A DNA stretch of 64,000 nt from a virus, in IMG/VR virus record IMGVR_UViG_3300031963_000075, positions 1-64,000 of that record. One strand, written 5' to 3'. How positions within the stretch are numbered: the stretch's first letter is position 1; each line of letters begins with the position of its first letter. The notes beneath the pieces were generated by a model. The model ran no database searches. It saw nothing but the letters and a program-made list of their open reading frames with translations, and was not told the origin of the DNA. The position numbers were made by a program, and so were the translations under genes. This document shows positions 20,320-29,818 of this stretch, piece after piece.

Positions 20320-22161
20320 TCAGCTGAATGTTACTGTTGATAAATTAAGAACACTAACTCTAATATCAACATTTGGGAATCGAACTTGATAAACCTGTGT
20401 TGGGTCGGCAAATATTGTATCTGATATCAAACCTATTTGTTTTGTTGACGGATTAGAATAAGGTTGTGATGTCTGAGCCGATGAATATTGTCCTCCTACT
20501 TTATTAAAGACTTGAATGTCGTCTATAGATAATACACCATTCTCTGATTGTATTTGTCTTCTTAGTTCAGATATATTGACATTTTCACCTAATTGTCTAT
20601 TAACTGGTGACATATATGTTGAGACTATATCTATTATTTTAGCAATTATCGCTCCTTGACTTTGAGATGAATCTAAAACAACCGATATATCAAATCCTAA
20701 ATCAATCACATTTGCACTTTCAACTGAAATGTAATCATTTATCATTCGGTAATTGGAAAGGTAATTTGCAATATTTGTTTTAATTGCATTTGGGGTTACT
20801 GATGTTAGTTTTCCACTAGAGTCGTATGAAAGTATTTTTATTTTAATTTTATTATTTTCTTCAACTATTGAGACTTTAGAGGGTGCTCCAAACTGTGAGG
20901 GCATAGTTCTCAATATAGAATCATAATCGTTAACCGTCACCGCTCTGTTTTGAGCAGAGAAATTAAACGCAACCAAATTTCTTATTTCTTCTAACGTAGG
21001 TGCAGGTGCTCCTCCAATGGCGGCAATTGGGTTCGAACAACTTAATGAATTTACAGTAGTTGTATTTATAATTTCTGATGGTCCGTTTACAAAAAAGTTA
21101 CTCCTTTGTACTTGACTAATAACTCCTACACCAACATTACTTGAAACTCCTCCACCAACTCTATACTGTATAAACAAAGTTGAGTTTGATTTTAGCGTAC
21201 TACCTAATCCTAAATTATCTGAATATTTATTTAGGTTCAAAACAATCCCATCTCTTGCAAAATCTCTTAATTGATTTTCTGCTGAATTGTTTCCACCACC
21301 AAAAGTCATTTTCATAAAACCTTGTGGTGTATATTCAGTTATAAATTTGTCACTTGTTGTTATATATTTTCCTATCTTTATACCAGGCGCATCAGACGGT
21401 TTAGTTGGGTCTTCAACAAAAACTCTATCTTCTACTAATGACCTTACTTCATACCACCTATTGGTTGTAGACAAAAATTCTTGGTCTGTGGGAACATTTG
21501 TGTAAGCGGTTCCATCTTTGACAATTACACTAGTCACACCTAAAACATTTCTTTCGGGTAAAAATAATTCAAAAAATGGTCTAACGTCATTTGGAGTAAT
21601 GATTCTTTTAAAAACTTTTGTTAAACCGTTAACAACAACTTCTCTTTTTGTTATCGTATAATTAAGTAGTCCTCCATCAGCATCAAAATTAGGTCTTACA
21701 ATTCTTGAGTTTGGTTGTCCTTCCCCATTAAATTGTGAAGAAAAGTCTATATCGTATACCGTTTCAAATGATTGTCCAGCACCGTTTACTTGTGTTCCTC
21801 TTCTTAAAATCCCACAATATCTAATATCTTCTTTATCACCAAATGCAGGTACAGTTATAGAAAAATCCACTAATGAAACAGAGGGTCTTTGTCCAGGAAT
21901 TTTTAAACCATAAGTTCTTGCTATATTATATAATGAGTTTTTTTGTTGAGCAAATTGTAAAACAGTTTCTTGTAAACTTCTGTCAATTTGATAATTAAGA
22001 TTATCGGCAACTGCCGCATTCATATCCATCAAAACTGAAAATACAGATGCGTCGTTAAAATTTTGTATTAACTCAGGATAATATGTTTTTACAAAATTTA
22101 TAAGTTCCCCTCTTACTGCTTGGAAGTCCCTTACTGTATACGAAATCTTTTTTTCTGCCAT
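20320..22161 (-). CDS. Baseplate wedge subunit (T4 gp6 / baseplate J-like)
   Basis: 613 aa; ISYTVRDFQAVRGEL start, AQNRAVTVNDY motif; adjacent to gp25-like gene. Confidence 0.85.
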   Translation of the reverse strand: MAEKKISYTVRDFQAVRGELINFVKTYYPELIQNFNDASVFSVLMDMNAAVADNLNYQIDRSLQETVLQFAQQKNSLYNIARTYGLKIPGQRPSVSLVDFSITVPAFGDKEDIRYCGILRRGTQVNGAGQSFETVYDIDFSSQFNGEGQPNSRIVRPNFDADGGLLNYTITKREVVVNGLTKVFKRIITPNDVRPFFELFLPERNVLGVTSVIVKDGTAYTNVPTDQEFLSTTNRWYEVRSLVEDRVFVEDPTKPSDAPGIKIGKYITTSDKFITEYTPQGFMKMTFGGGNNSAENQLRDFARDGIVLNLNKYSDNLGLGSTLKSNSTLFIQYRVGGGVSSNVGVGVISQVQRSNFFVNGPSEIINTTTVNSLSCSNPIAAIGGAPAPTLEEIRNLVAFNFSAQNRAVTVNDYDSILRTMPSQFGAPSKVSIVEENNKIKIKILSYDSSGKLTSVTPNAIKTNIANYLSNYRMINDYISVESANVIDLGFDISVVLDSSQSQGAIIAKIIDIVSTYMSPVNRQLGENVNISELRRQIQSENGVLSIDDIQVFNKVGGQYSSAQTSQPYSNPSTKQIGLISDTIFADPTQVYQVRFPNVDIRVSVLNLSTVTFS

Positions 22162-22167
22162 ATAATA

Positions 22168-22626
22168 TTAAATATTCAAAATAATGAAATCTCCACTTTC
22201 GAAAGATTCACTAGTTATTTTATAATCTATTCTAACTTTTGCCGTATGTTCTAATTGACCAATGTTAGGAACTGTGAATTCTTTTTGGTCATTACCACTA
22301 ATATACGTACCTTTATTTTCTAATTCTGTAGATGCGTCTGTGATTTTAATGTTGGTAATCAATACTCCAGGCATATATTGTTCGACAGAATCTCTAATTT
22401 CTGATTCTATCTCAGCGAATGTGGGTCCATCTAATGGTTCAAAAATATATTCATATATTCTTGTTCCAAAATCAGGTAAATAATATCTAGACCCCTTTCT
22501 TGTTAATAATAAGTGTGTTAAATTAGAACGAACTTCTTCTGATGAATAGTCAGTTAAATCTAAAAACTTCCCATTGAAGGAATCTCTAAAGGGGAAGGTA
22601 ATACCATATGTTACTCCATTTGCCAT
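22168..22626 (-). CDS. Baseplate wedge subunit / sheath initiator (GPW/gp25 family)
   Basis: 152 aa; NLTHLLLTRKGSRYYLPDFGTRIYEYIFEP gp25 signature. Confidence 0.9.
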   Translation of the reverse strand: MANGVTYGITFPFRDSFNGKFLDLTDYSSEEVRSNLTHLLLTRKGSRYYLPDFGTRIYEYIFEPLDGPTFAEIESEIRDSVEQYMPGVLITNIKITDASTELENKGTYISGNDQKEFTVPNIGQLEHTAKVRIDYKITSESFESGDFIILNI

Positions 22627-22663
22627 ATCATATAAATATAAACCTCATTATTTTTATATAAAC

Positions 22664-22692
22664 AAGAAATCACTGTTTTCACAGTGATTCCT
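22664..22692 (-). terminator. Probable intrinsic terminator ending the replication operon
   Basis: Minus strand AATCACTGT-GAAA-ACAGTGATT followed by TCTTGTTT; overlaps the stop of the DUF5522 gene. Confidence 0.6.
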
Positions 22693-22900
22693 TTAATGTT
22701 GTATTACCTTTTTTATGTTTGGGTTCATATGGACAATGGAGACAACCTGAACCACAACAACTTCCTCTTTTTTTGTGATAAAATTCCGTCATAACCATCT
22801 TACCGTCTTTCCAATAAAAGTCTGTATCCTGTAATTTAGGTTTTATAAATTCCCTAATATACATTTCTTGTATCCAATCTTTTGATGCCCCTACATTCAT
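22679..22900 (-). CDS. DUF5522 family small Cys-rich protein
   Basis: 73 aa; MVMTEFYHKKRGSCCGSGCLHCPY motif. Confidence 0.8.
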   Translation of the reverse strand: MNVGASKDWIQEMYIREFIKPKLQDTDFYWKDGKMVMTEFYHKKRGSCCGSGCLHCPYEPKHKKGNTTLKESL

Positions 22901-22901
22901 A

Positions 22902-22982
22902 TTAATTTTTTTTTCTTAAATTATACAACGCCAACAGTATTTGATATGTTAGCGTTGTATTATTACCCCATTGTACTTTCAT
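22902..22982 (-). CDS. Putative 26 aa microprotein (MKVQWGNNTTLTYQILLALYNLRKKN)
   Basis: ATG-to-TAA ORF fills the gap between nrdJ (3 nt away) and the DUF5522 gene (1 nt away); below ORF-track cutoff; contains a 14 bp hairpin. Confidence 0.45.
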   Translation of the reverse strand: MKVQWGNNTTLTYQILLALYNLRKKN

Positions 22983-22985
22983 TTC

Positions 22986-24845
22986 TTAAACAATTTCACA
23001 AGCTCCGCCAGCACAAGCTACTTCACCTCTTAAATCTGTATTGTCTTGTAACTCGATAACTTTTGTTAAATCAACATCTTTCAAAGTGTTAACTAATCTT
23101 TCAAAATCTTCTTTTGTACAATCTTCAAATGGAGCTTGTGTGTAAGTTCCTCCGTTATAAGGTAGAACAGACAAACCATTGTAGTATTTTCTGTTTTTCC
23201 ACATCCAATCACCTACAAGTTCCCATTCATCTTCTTTGATTGAAACTGTCGCTGATACATTATGTGAGTTCTGTCCACCTCTGTGTCCACTTCTTACCCA
23301 CTCTTGTGATACTTTCTTAACTCTTTCCAACATTTGGAACACAGATTCGTATCGTAGAATTGAACCTTCAGGTGCCATTTGAGGGATAGTAATTACAGCT
23401 GTATCATGAGGACGGAAGTATTCGTCTTCTACCAACTCTGGATGGTTGATTGCAAGATAAGAATAAATCGCTTCATTCTTACCAACACGGATTCTTCTCA
23501 AATAATAGTCATTATGCCAAGCGTGAATTCCTGAAGAAGTTCCCAATACTAATGATGATGTCCCTGAAGGTTTAACGGTTGTTGTTCTTGCTGCTTTATT
23601 AATTCCGATGAGGTTTGCAACTCTTTCGTTTTCTTCTTTTACCGCCTGTGCCGCAGCTTTCATATCATAACCTAAAACAACACCAGAACCAATACCTGTC
23701 ATACCAACACCAATAAGTGCGTCTTTTTCTGTTGTTCTTTTCCATACATCACGTAGGTAGTGGAAGTCAGTATATCCCGCTTGTAGTGTTCCGATGAATG
23801 CGGCACCTCTAACTCTTTTTTCAAAATCTTCTTGTGACTCAATGTCCGAAGCGTTTACCTCACACAAGTTACAGAATTGATAAGGACGAAGCCCAATTTC
23901 ACAACAAGGGTTTGTTCCCCAATCTTTGTCATTTGACAAGTAGATTCCTGGCTCTCCTGCTCCTGACAATTCAATTCGTTTCCAAAGTTCCATAAAATAT
24001 TCTTGTGTTACTTTGTGACGAAGAAGAACTGCTGAGTTATTTGCTCTACCTCTTTGTGGATTGTTCTCCCACCAATTACCTGACTTACAAGAAATCATTT
24101 CATCATCATCAGCACTGAATAATGAGATAAGTGCCGCTCTACGAATACCACCTGCTAATACCGCATCTGCAATATGACATACAATATCGTGAGTTTCAAT
24201 CGGGGTTAGTTTTTCTCCTTCTTGTTTTGCGTCCAACACTTTTGTAATGTTATGAATACAATCTTTAAGTGGTTGAGGTCCTGGTGCTTTTCCTCCTGAT
24301 GTTACAAGTAACGCTCCTTTATGACGAATATCAGAAAAATCAAACACAGGTGTAGATGATTTTGTCCCCAAGTATGATTCAATTAATACTTTAATAGCAT
24401 CTGCCCATCCTTCGATTGAATCTCCGATGAGGTATCTTCTTGTTCTGTTTGGATTTGGTTTTTTTATTTCAGGTAGTTTATCTACGTGGTGTTTTTGAAC
24501 TGAGAATCCAACTCCTGTTCCACCTAATAATAGGAACATAGTTTCTGCAAACGCATCTGTATGGTCGATTGGTAAGTAAGCACAATTGTAAACTCTGTTT
24601 GGCGAGATTTCAATTGGTTTACCACCAAATTGTAATGATCTCATTGATGGAAGAATTTTTTTATCATATACCATTTGATATACTTCTTCAATCTGATCTT
24701 TGATTTGTGGGTATTTCTTTTGGTGCATCTCTTTGTTTCGTGTCACCAATTCTTCCCATGTTTCCCTTCTATTTAATTCGGGAATAAATTTAGCGTATTT
24801 CATATACACTGTAATATCACTCAATATTTTTTGCGAAATATCCAT
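22986..24845 (-). CDS. nrdJ: Adenosylcobalamin-dependent (class II, monomeric RTPR-type) ribonucleotide reductase
   Basis: NCAY, TNPCCEI, TTVKPSGT motifs and C-terminal ACAGGACEIV redox pair; likely ATG at 24845. Confidence 0.92.
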   Translation of the reverse strand: MDISQKILSDITVYMKYAKFIPELNRRETWEELVTRNKEMHQKKYPQIKDQIEEVYQMVYDKKILPSMRSLQFGGKPIEISPNRVYNCAYLPIDHTDAFAETMFLLLGGTGVGFSVQKHHVDKLPEIKKPNPNRTRRYLIGDSIEGWADAIKVLIESYLGTKSSTPVFDFSDIRHKGALLVTSGGKAPGPQPLKDCIHNITKVLDAKQEGEKLTPIETHDIVCHIADAVLAGGIRRAALISLFSADDDEMISCKSGNWWENNPQRGRANNSAVLLRHKVTQEYFMELWKRIELSGAGEPGIYLSNDKDWGTNPCCEIGLRPYQFCNLCEVNASDIESQEDFEKRVRGAAFIGTLQAGYTDFHYLRDVWKRTTEKDALIGVGMTGIGSGVVLGYDMKAAAQAVKEENERVANLIGINKAARTTTVKPSGTSSLVLGTSSGIHAWHNDYYLRRIRVGKNEAIYSYLAINHPELVEDEYFRPHDTAVITIPQMAPEGSILRYESVFQMLERVKKVSQEWVRSGHRGGQNSHNVSATVSIKEDEWELVGDWMWKNRKYYNGLSVLPYNGGTYTQAPFEDCTKEDFERLVNTLKDVDLTKVIELQDNTDLRGEVACAGGACEIV

Positions 24846-24872
24846 TTTTAACAAATTTAATAATTTTTATTT

Positions 24873-26255
24873 TTATCCTTGATTATTTTCCCGTTGTTTT
24901 TTCTTTTCTAACAACTCCCTAACTCTTTGTCGTTGTCTTTCTTCTTTTTGTTCTTCCAAACCTAAAAACGTTGTTGTACTTTCGGTATCAATTTCAATCA
25001 TAGCATTGTCGAATTTACAATTTTCGAATACAACACCATCATCACCTATCCTTGATTTTGTAATTGCAATTGTAGCCAACTTCATCTCTTTTTGTTGTAA
25101 TGTCTTGGCCACTGTTATAATAACGTGTCCAACTTGTGCCTTTTTAATAGAACCACCCATTTGGTCTGTGGTTACTACTTCAGATGAAATTGAGTTTCTA
25201 TTTCCTTGTGTTGCTGTCCAACCAACTATGTTAAGTTCGTGACACATCGCCTCAAACGCTCTCATGACAGAACCTTCACTTTTCCATTCATCACCTAAGT
25301 TTTTGTCAGGAACAACACAATCTATATAATCCAAAACAATCATGTCAATTTTTGTACCATCAGCAATCATCTTACGAATTTCATTCTTAATTTGTAACAT
25401 TGTTTTTTGATCTGACGGTAATTTTTTTAATATTAGTTCATTTGGCATAGAACTTTTAATATCCCTAACCTTTGTCATAACCTCTTCTTTTTTGTTTGAC
25501 AATTCATCAGGATGAATCTTAGTCCAAAGTGTAAAATGTTTTCTTTGAATTACTTTTGGATTGTCTTCAAAAAACACTTGTAAAACGTTAAAACCTAAGT
25601 TAAATGCGTGGTTTGAAATCTTTGTTAACACTGTTGATTTACCAACTCCTGTTGGTGCAAGTATTACACCTATTTCACCTTTTGCTAAACCACCTTTAAG
25701 TAGTCTATCAATTCCTGGTATACCCATAGGAATTGGGTGTCTGTAATCCTCCTCAAGAACTTGGTCTAAGTTTGAAAAGACATCCATCATTGTTGTGTCT
25801 TTTGAACCTACTAGCAGTGCGTCTCTAACCATTTCTTCAAGGGTGTCGTAGTTTTCAAACTCACCCCCGTCAATGATTTTTTGTGCTTTTTTCATAACCT
25901 TCTGTAGTTCCTGTTGTTTACAGAATTTCAGAGCCTTTTCTTGTACGAAATCTACACCATCGATAGGTGCGTCCTTAATTTTTTTAATTGTATCAAGAAC
26001 AATCTTTGATGCTGTTTCTTGTTGTAACTCTGATTTTGTGATTTGCTCAAGAGTATCAAAGGATGGTGTGTGTTCATACTTTTTATGATACTCTTTAATC
26101 ATTTGAATGATAATTTTAAAGTATTTATTTTCAAAATAATCATTCTCAATAACGTCCACAATAGTGTGTGAAAAGTTTTTGTCTAAGATGATTTGGTTAA
26201 GTAATTGAAGTTGAAAATTGTTTCCTAAGTACTCGAAGTTTTTGTTTGTCGCCAT
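24873..26255 (-). CDS. dnaB: Replicative DNA helicase (DnaB / T4 gp41-like)
   Basis: 460 aa; Walker A APTGVGKS, Walker B IVLDYID, TATQGNR. Confidence 0.92.
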   Translation of the reverse strand: MATNKNFEYLGNNFQLQLLNQIILDKNFSHTIVDVIENDYFENKYFKIIIQMIKEYHKKYEHTPSFDTLEQITKSELQQETASKIVLDTIKKIKDAPIDGVDFVQEKALKFCKQQELQKVMKKAQKIIDGGEFENYDTLEEMVRDALLVGSKDTTMMDVFSNLDQVLEEDYRHPIPMGIPGIDRLLKGGLAKGEIGVILAPTGVGKSTVLTKISNHAFNLGFNVLQVFFEDNPKVIQRKHFTLWTKIHPDELSNKKEEVMTKVRDIKSSMPNELILKKLPSDQKTMLQIKNEIRKMIADGTKIDMIVLDYIDCVVPDKNLGDEWKSEGSVMRAFEAMCHELNIVGWTATQGNRNSISSEVVTTDQMGGSIKKAQVGHVIITVAKTLQQKEMKLATIAITKSRIGDDGVVFENCKFDNAMIEIDTESTTTFLGLEEQKEERQRQRVRELLEKKKQRENNQG

Positions 26256-26294
26256 AAATTGTTCTACTGTTAGTAATGATAAATACTACTGAAA

Positions 26295-26738
26295 TTAGAT
26301 TAATTCGGGATAAAAATAATTAAAATTTTTGCCTGAAAAAATGTCAGTCAGGTCACTGAGTATACTTTTCAAGTTTGGTCTAAGGTCCACAGTATATCTA
26401 ACCTTTGGGGGGTACAATTTAGCGTTAAAGGTTCTCTGACAAATTGTCATATCTCCAACCTTTATAAACAAATTAAAGTTTTCTTCACCCTCTGTGATAG
26501 ATGTGTTTAGAACTTCAGGGTTTTCTGTAATTTCATACTGATTGTCCATCATGTAAACAACTGTTCTCATTTTTAAATCATACTGTAGTTTGTTACAAAA
26601 ACTTCTAATGTAGTTGTACAATTCTTCTGATTTAGATGCACTTCTATTAAACCCCTTAACATTGAAGAATCTTTGTACTACAATGTTGTCGTTACATTTC
26701 AACAAAAACTCTACTTTTGTTACTTCTTGATCTCTCAT
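26295..26738 (-). CDS. Hypothetical protein in the replication operon
   Basis: 147 aa ORF between exonuclease and helicase; no recognised motif. Confidence 0.6.
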   Translation of the reverse strand: MRDQEVTKVEFLLKCNDNIVVQRFFNVKGFNRSASKSEELYNYIRSFCNKLQYDLKMRTVVYMMDNQYEITENPEVLNTSITEGEENFNLFIKVGDMTICQRTFNAKLYPPKVRYTVDLRPNLKSILSDLTDIFSGKNFNYFYPELI

Positions 26739-26750
26739 AAATTTTGTTTT

Positions 26751-27758
26751 TTACTTTTTGTTTCTAAATTTTGTTTTTTCTTTTCTAGAAAGTTTTAAAA
26801 ATGGTTTCAAAAAATTTACCCACGCTTCATCACCTTTTGGTAAAAATTTAAAGAATCCGTCTTCCATCATCATTCTAATTAAGTTTCGGTGTCCTCTTCC
26901 GTCTGGATCCATTGACTCTGAGTGATACATCCTAACTAACTCTTTTCCTTCCTCAGAAATTAATGGTTCTGATAAATCAACTAACTTCTTATTGATGATA
27001 AAAAACTCTTCCCCAAATATCCCCTCTTTGGTTTTTCCACTGAGTAGATTTTTCAAAGCGACATTATCTTTTTGTTCTTTGAGTAATTGTTCACCTTTTG
27101 ATAAAATATCGTTAAATGAAACTTCTTTTTCAAGGATTTCAGGAAATAATTTAATAAATGTTTTTTCTCCTAAATAATAAATCCCATCGATGTTATCTGA
27201 ACTATCACCTGTAAGAATTTTGTATGTTTTAATATTATAATGTGGAATTTCAGCATCGTATAATTTGATGTTGTCCCCATTAACATAATATTTTTTTTGT
27301 TGTGGTGAATATATTTTTACTTTCTCTGAAATGAGCTGTGTTAAATCTCTATCAGACGAAAATATTGTTTTTTCCTCATCTTCAGATATCTGACAATAAT
27401 ACGCAATTAAATCGTCGGCTTCTGAATTTGGAAATTCGACTTGTCTAACAAACATCTCTTCAAGATATTGTTTAACTCTGACTTTTTGATTTGAAAAAGA
27501 CTCTTCTTTAAATTCGTTTTCAGATGACTTTCTATTAAGTTTGTATTTGGGATAGAGTAATCTTCTCTGCGAAGAACTAGTTTCACTATCCCAAAATACA
27601 ACTACCTTATTGAAATTTGTTTCCTCTAAAAATCTTCTTAACGTGTTAAGAAAGTGCCAAGTACCACCGACGTGTTCTCCTTTGTGGAAAAAATCCCTAA
27701 CTCCATGAAATCCGATTTTTAATAAGTTGTTTCCGTCAACTAATAATGTTTTAGTCAT
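26751..27758 (-). CDS. 5'-3' exonuclease / flap endonuclease (T4 RNase H-like)
   Basis: 335 aa; LLVDGNN, EADDLIA, SSDRDLTQL, GDSSDNIDGI motifs. Confidence 0.92.
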   Translation of the reverse strand: MTKTLLVDGNNLLKIGFHGVRDFFHKGEHVGGTWHFLNTLRRFLEETNFNKVVVFWDSETSSSQRRLLYPKYKLNRKSSENEFKEESFSNQKVRVKQYLEEMFVRQVEFPNSEADDLIAYYCQISEDEEKTIFSSDRDLTQLISEKVKIYSPQQKKYYVNGDNIKLYDAEIPHYNIKTYKILTGDSSDNIDGIYYLGEKTFIKLFPEILEKEVSFNDILSKGEQLLKEQKDNVALKNLLSGKTKEGIFGEEFFIINKKLVDLSEPLISEEGKELVRMYHSESMDPDGRGHRNLIRMMMEDGFFKFLPKGDEAWVNFLKPFLKLSRKEKTKFRNKK

Positions 27759-27778
27759 TTGACTAATTTAAAAGGTTC

Positions 27779-28786
27779 TTACTCTACTTCTTCTTTTTCT
27801 GTTTTCAAATCAAAATCACCTTCAACTCCGATAATCGTTTTCCAATAATCGGCATATTCTTTTTTGTAATTTTCAATCGATGCCTTTTCTTCTGTCGTAT
27901 CTTTGCCAGGTAAAAATCCGTGTGGTGTTACTATAATTTTACCATCTTCAAATCCAAGTCCATTGATGTGGTTTTTCATGACAGATACTTTTGTTCTTGA
28001 AGCGAACTTAACAGTTCTCTTGTCTTTGGTTGCAGTAATCTTTGTTGTTCCCGCACCTTTTTGATTACCAAACAAGAACACTAAAGACGAATTTAACCAA
28101 ACCGCTTCACCACCTTTTGCTTTAATTTTTGGTTGTCCAAAAGGATTGTCAGGTAATTCAACCCAAGGCTGATTAACAATGATTAATGTGTTTTCGAACT
28201 TTGATTCTGACTTTCTTGACCCTGAAATTCTTTGGTTGATTCCCATACCGATTTTATCGGCAAGAACTGAAGCATTGTGTTGTTTACCACCTTTACCTTC
28301 ATATGTCATTTTACAAGGAACAGAACCTACTGAGTCCCATAGAAAACATAAATCATATTCCAACTCACCCTTTTCTTGTGCGTCTAACATATCATTGATA
28401 AAATCTGTAATCTGTTCGATATAATCAAAGTTGTTGTTAAAAATGTAAAACCCGTCCCAATCAAGTTCTCCTGTTTCTTCGTCTACTACTTCCTCACACT
28501 GAAACCCCATTAACTTCGCGTGTTCAAAACTCCACTTTTGTTCTGTAATAATGAATACAGGTAGTATTCCTTTCTTTTGAGCATCAACCGCAGTTTTTAC
28601 AAGTGCGGTAGTTTTACCTGTATCAGAGTGACCTAAGAACATATTAATGTGTCCAATAGCAGGACCTGGAAGTCCAACCGCATCTAAAAAAGATTGTCCT
28701 AAATCAAAGAATCTTTGTGGTTTGTATTTTGCTGAAGTTGAGAATTTTTTCTTCAGTGAACTAAAATCATTTTTTTTAATTGCCAT
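27779..28786 (-). CDS. recA: RecA/UvsX-like recombinase
   Basis: 335 aa; Walker A GHSDTGKT, Walker B FLWDSVG, IIVNQ, KGGEA, KNHING. Confidence 0.88.
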   Translation of the reverse strand: MAIKKNDFSSLKKKFSTSAKYKPQRFFDLGQSFLDAVGLPGPAIGHINMFLGHSDTGKTTALVKTAVDAQKKGILPVFIITEQKWSFEHAKLMGFQCEEVVDEETGELDWDGFYIFNNNFDYIEQITDFINDMLDAQEKGELEYDLCFLWDSVGSVPCKMTYEGKGGKQHNASVLADKIGMGINQRISGSRKSESKFENTLIIVNQPWVELPDNPFGQPKIKAKGGEAVWLNSSLVFLFGNQKGAGTTKITATKDKRTVKFASRTKVSVMKNHINGLGFEDGKIIVTPHGFLPGKDTTEEKASIENYKKEYADYWKTIIGVEGDFDLKTEKEEVE

Positions 28787-28805
28787 ATTTTTTATTAAAA
28801 AATAG

Positions 28806-28838
28806 AAAAAAACACCGACATTGTAAATCGGTGTTTTT
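28806..28838 (-). terminator. Intrinsic terminator downstream of the SSB gene
   Basis: Minus strand AAAAACACCGA-TTTACAATG-TCGGTGTTTTTTT. Confidence 0.75.
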
Positions 28839-28851
28839 GTGTTTGTGAATA

Positions 28852-29712
28852 TTAAAATGGTAACTCTTCGTCGATGTCATCATTAGCTTGAGGGTCTTCT
28901 ACTTTCTTTGATTCACTTTTAGAACCTCCCATAGAAATTTCACCTTCTTCAGAATTTGAGTATACATAACCTCCTTTATCTGAATCCCATCTTGGTGTTT
29001 CTCCTCGCGCAATCGCCTCAAGGTATTCAGTTGGCTTTTTAGAATATACATCCTCCCAAGTCAACTCGTCAGATAACCATTCAGACATTACTTCTTCATC
29101 TTCGTGGATTGGTGTTGGGTCATCATACATAACTGTTTGAATCACAGTGTAAAAAGCCCCTTTTGGTGTTTTTGCCTTTGTAAGTTCAAGGATTAAATCT
29201 CTTCCTTTATCAGCGTCGGCAACGTCTCCTTTTGCTTTATAGATTGGTATGATTTTATCAAAAATCCCTTCTTGTTTGTAATTGTGTTTAAATCTCCAAA
29301 ACTTAGGTCCGTCTTGTTCGTTATCACGATCGATTACTTTAACAATATAAAACTTACGTGGTTTGTATTGTTTTGCAAGTTCTTTATCAGAATCTCTACC
29401 TGTTGACATAAGCTCATCATGTACTTCATTAAGTGGAGAACGTTCGTTATCATTCTTTCCTGGATCGTAGAACTTTTGCCATTTTCCATCAACTAAAATT
29501 TCATGAAACCATACTTCTTTGAATGGTGATGAACCGTCTGTGGTAGGGAGGATTCGGATTCTTTTTTGTCCTTGTTTTTCGCTTTCTTTAAGGATAGCCG
29601 CGAAATATTTTTTCATTCTTTCTTCTTGTGACATTTTTGAAGTGGAAGAAGAACCACTTTGTTTTGAACTTTCGTACTGAGCCAAAACCGCATCTAAGAC
29701 ATTTGTCGCCAT
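28852..29712 (-). CDS. Single-stranded DNA-binding protein (T4 gp32-like)
   Basis: 286 aa; RIRILP...PFKEVWFH, GRDLILE, acidic tail DDIDEELPF; adjacent to recA. Confidence 0.85.
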   Translation of the reverse strand: MATNVLDAVLAQYESSKQSGSSSTSKMSQEERMKKYFAAILKESEKQGQKRIRILPTTDGSSPFKEVWFHEILVDGKWQKFYDPGKNDNERSPLNEVHDELMSTGRDSDKELAKQYKPRKFYIVKVIDRDNEQDGPKFWRFKHNYKQEGIFDKIIPIYKAKGDVADADKGRDLILELTKAKTPKGAFYTVIQTVMYDDPTPIHEDEEVMSEWLSDELTWEDVYSKKPTEYLEAIARGETPRWDSDKGGYVYSNSEEGEISMGGSKSESKKVEDPQANDDIDEELPF

Positions 29713-29743
29713 ATATTTGTGTTATTAAAAGTTTACAAGTTAA

Positions 29744-29772
29744 AATATAAATTATAAAAGTGTCGCAGTCAA
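29744..29772 (-). promoter_or_regulatory. Sigma70-like promoter of the SSB/replication operon
   Basis: Minus strand TTGACT-N17-TATATT, ending 32 nt before the ATG. Confidence 0.6.
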
Positions 29773-29788
29773 TATAGTTGTTAAAATT

Positions 29789-29818
29789 TTTGAAAGGGAC
29801 ATCCTTGTCCCTTTCAAA
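29789..29818 (-). terminator. Hairpin/probable terminator after the 229 aa gene
   Basis: Perfect 13 bp inverted repeat TTTGAAAGGGACA-N4-TGTCCCTTTCAAA directly after the stop; U tract is weak. Confidence 0.6.

Noticed and set aside
22923-22960. Hairpin near nrdJ as a cobalamin riboswitch
   Set aside because: Far too short, located downstream of nrdJ, and lacks a B12-box
22986-28786. Inteins or introns in nrdJ, dnaB or recA (and polB)
   Set aside because: Lengths are normal, catalytic motifs are contiguous, and no intein C-terminal HN-C/S/T junction or homing endonuclease motif was seen
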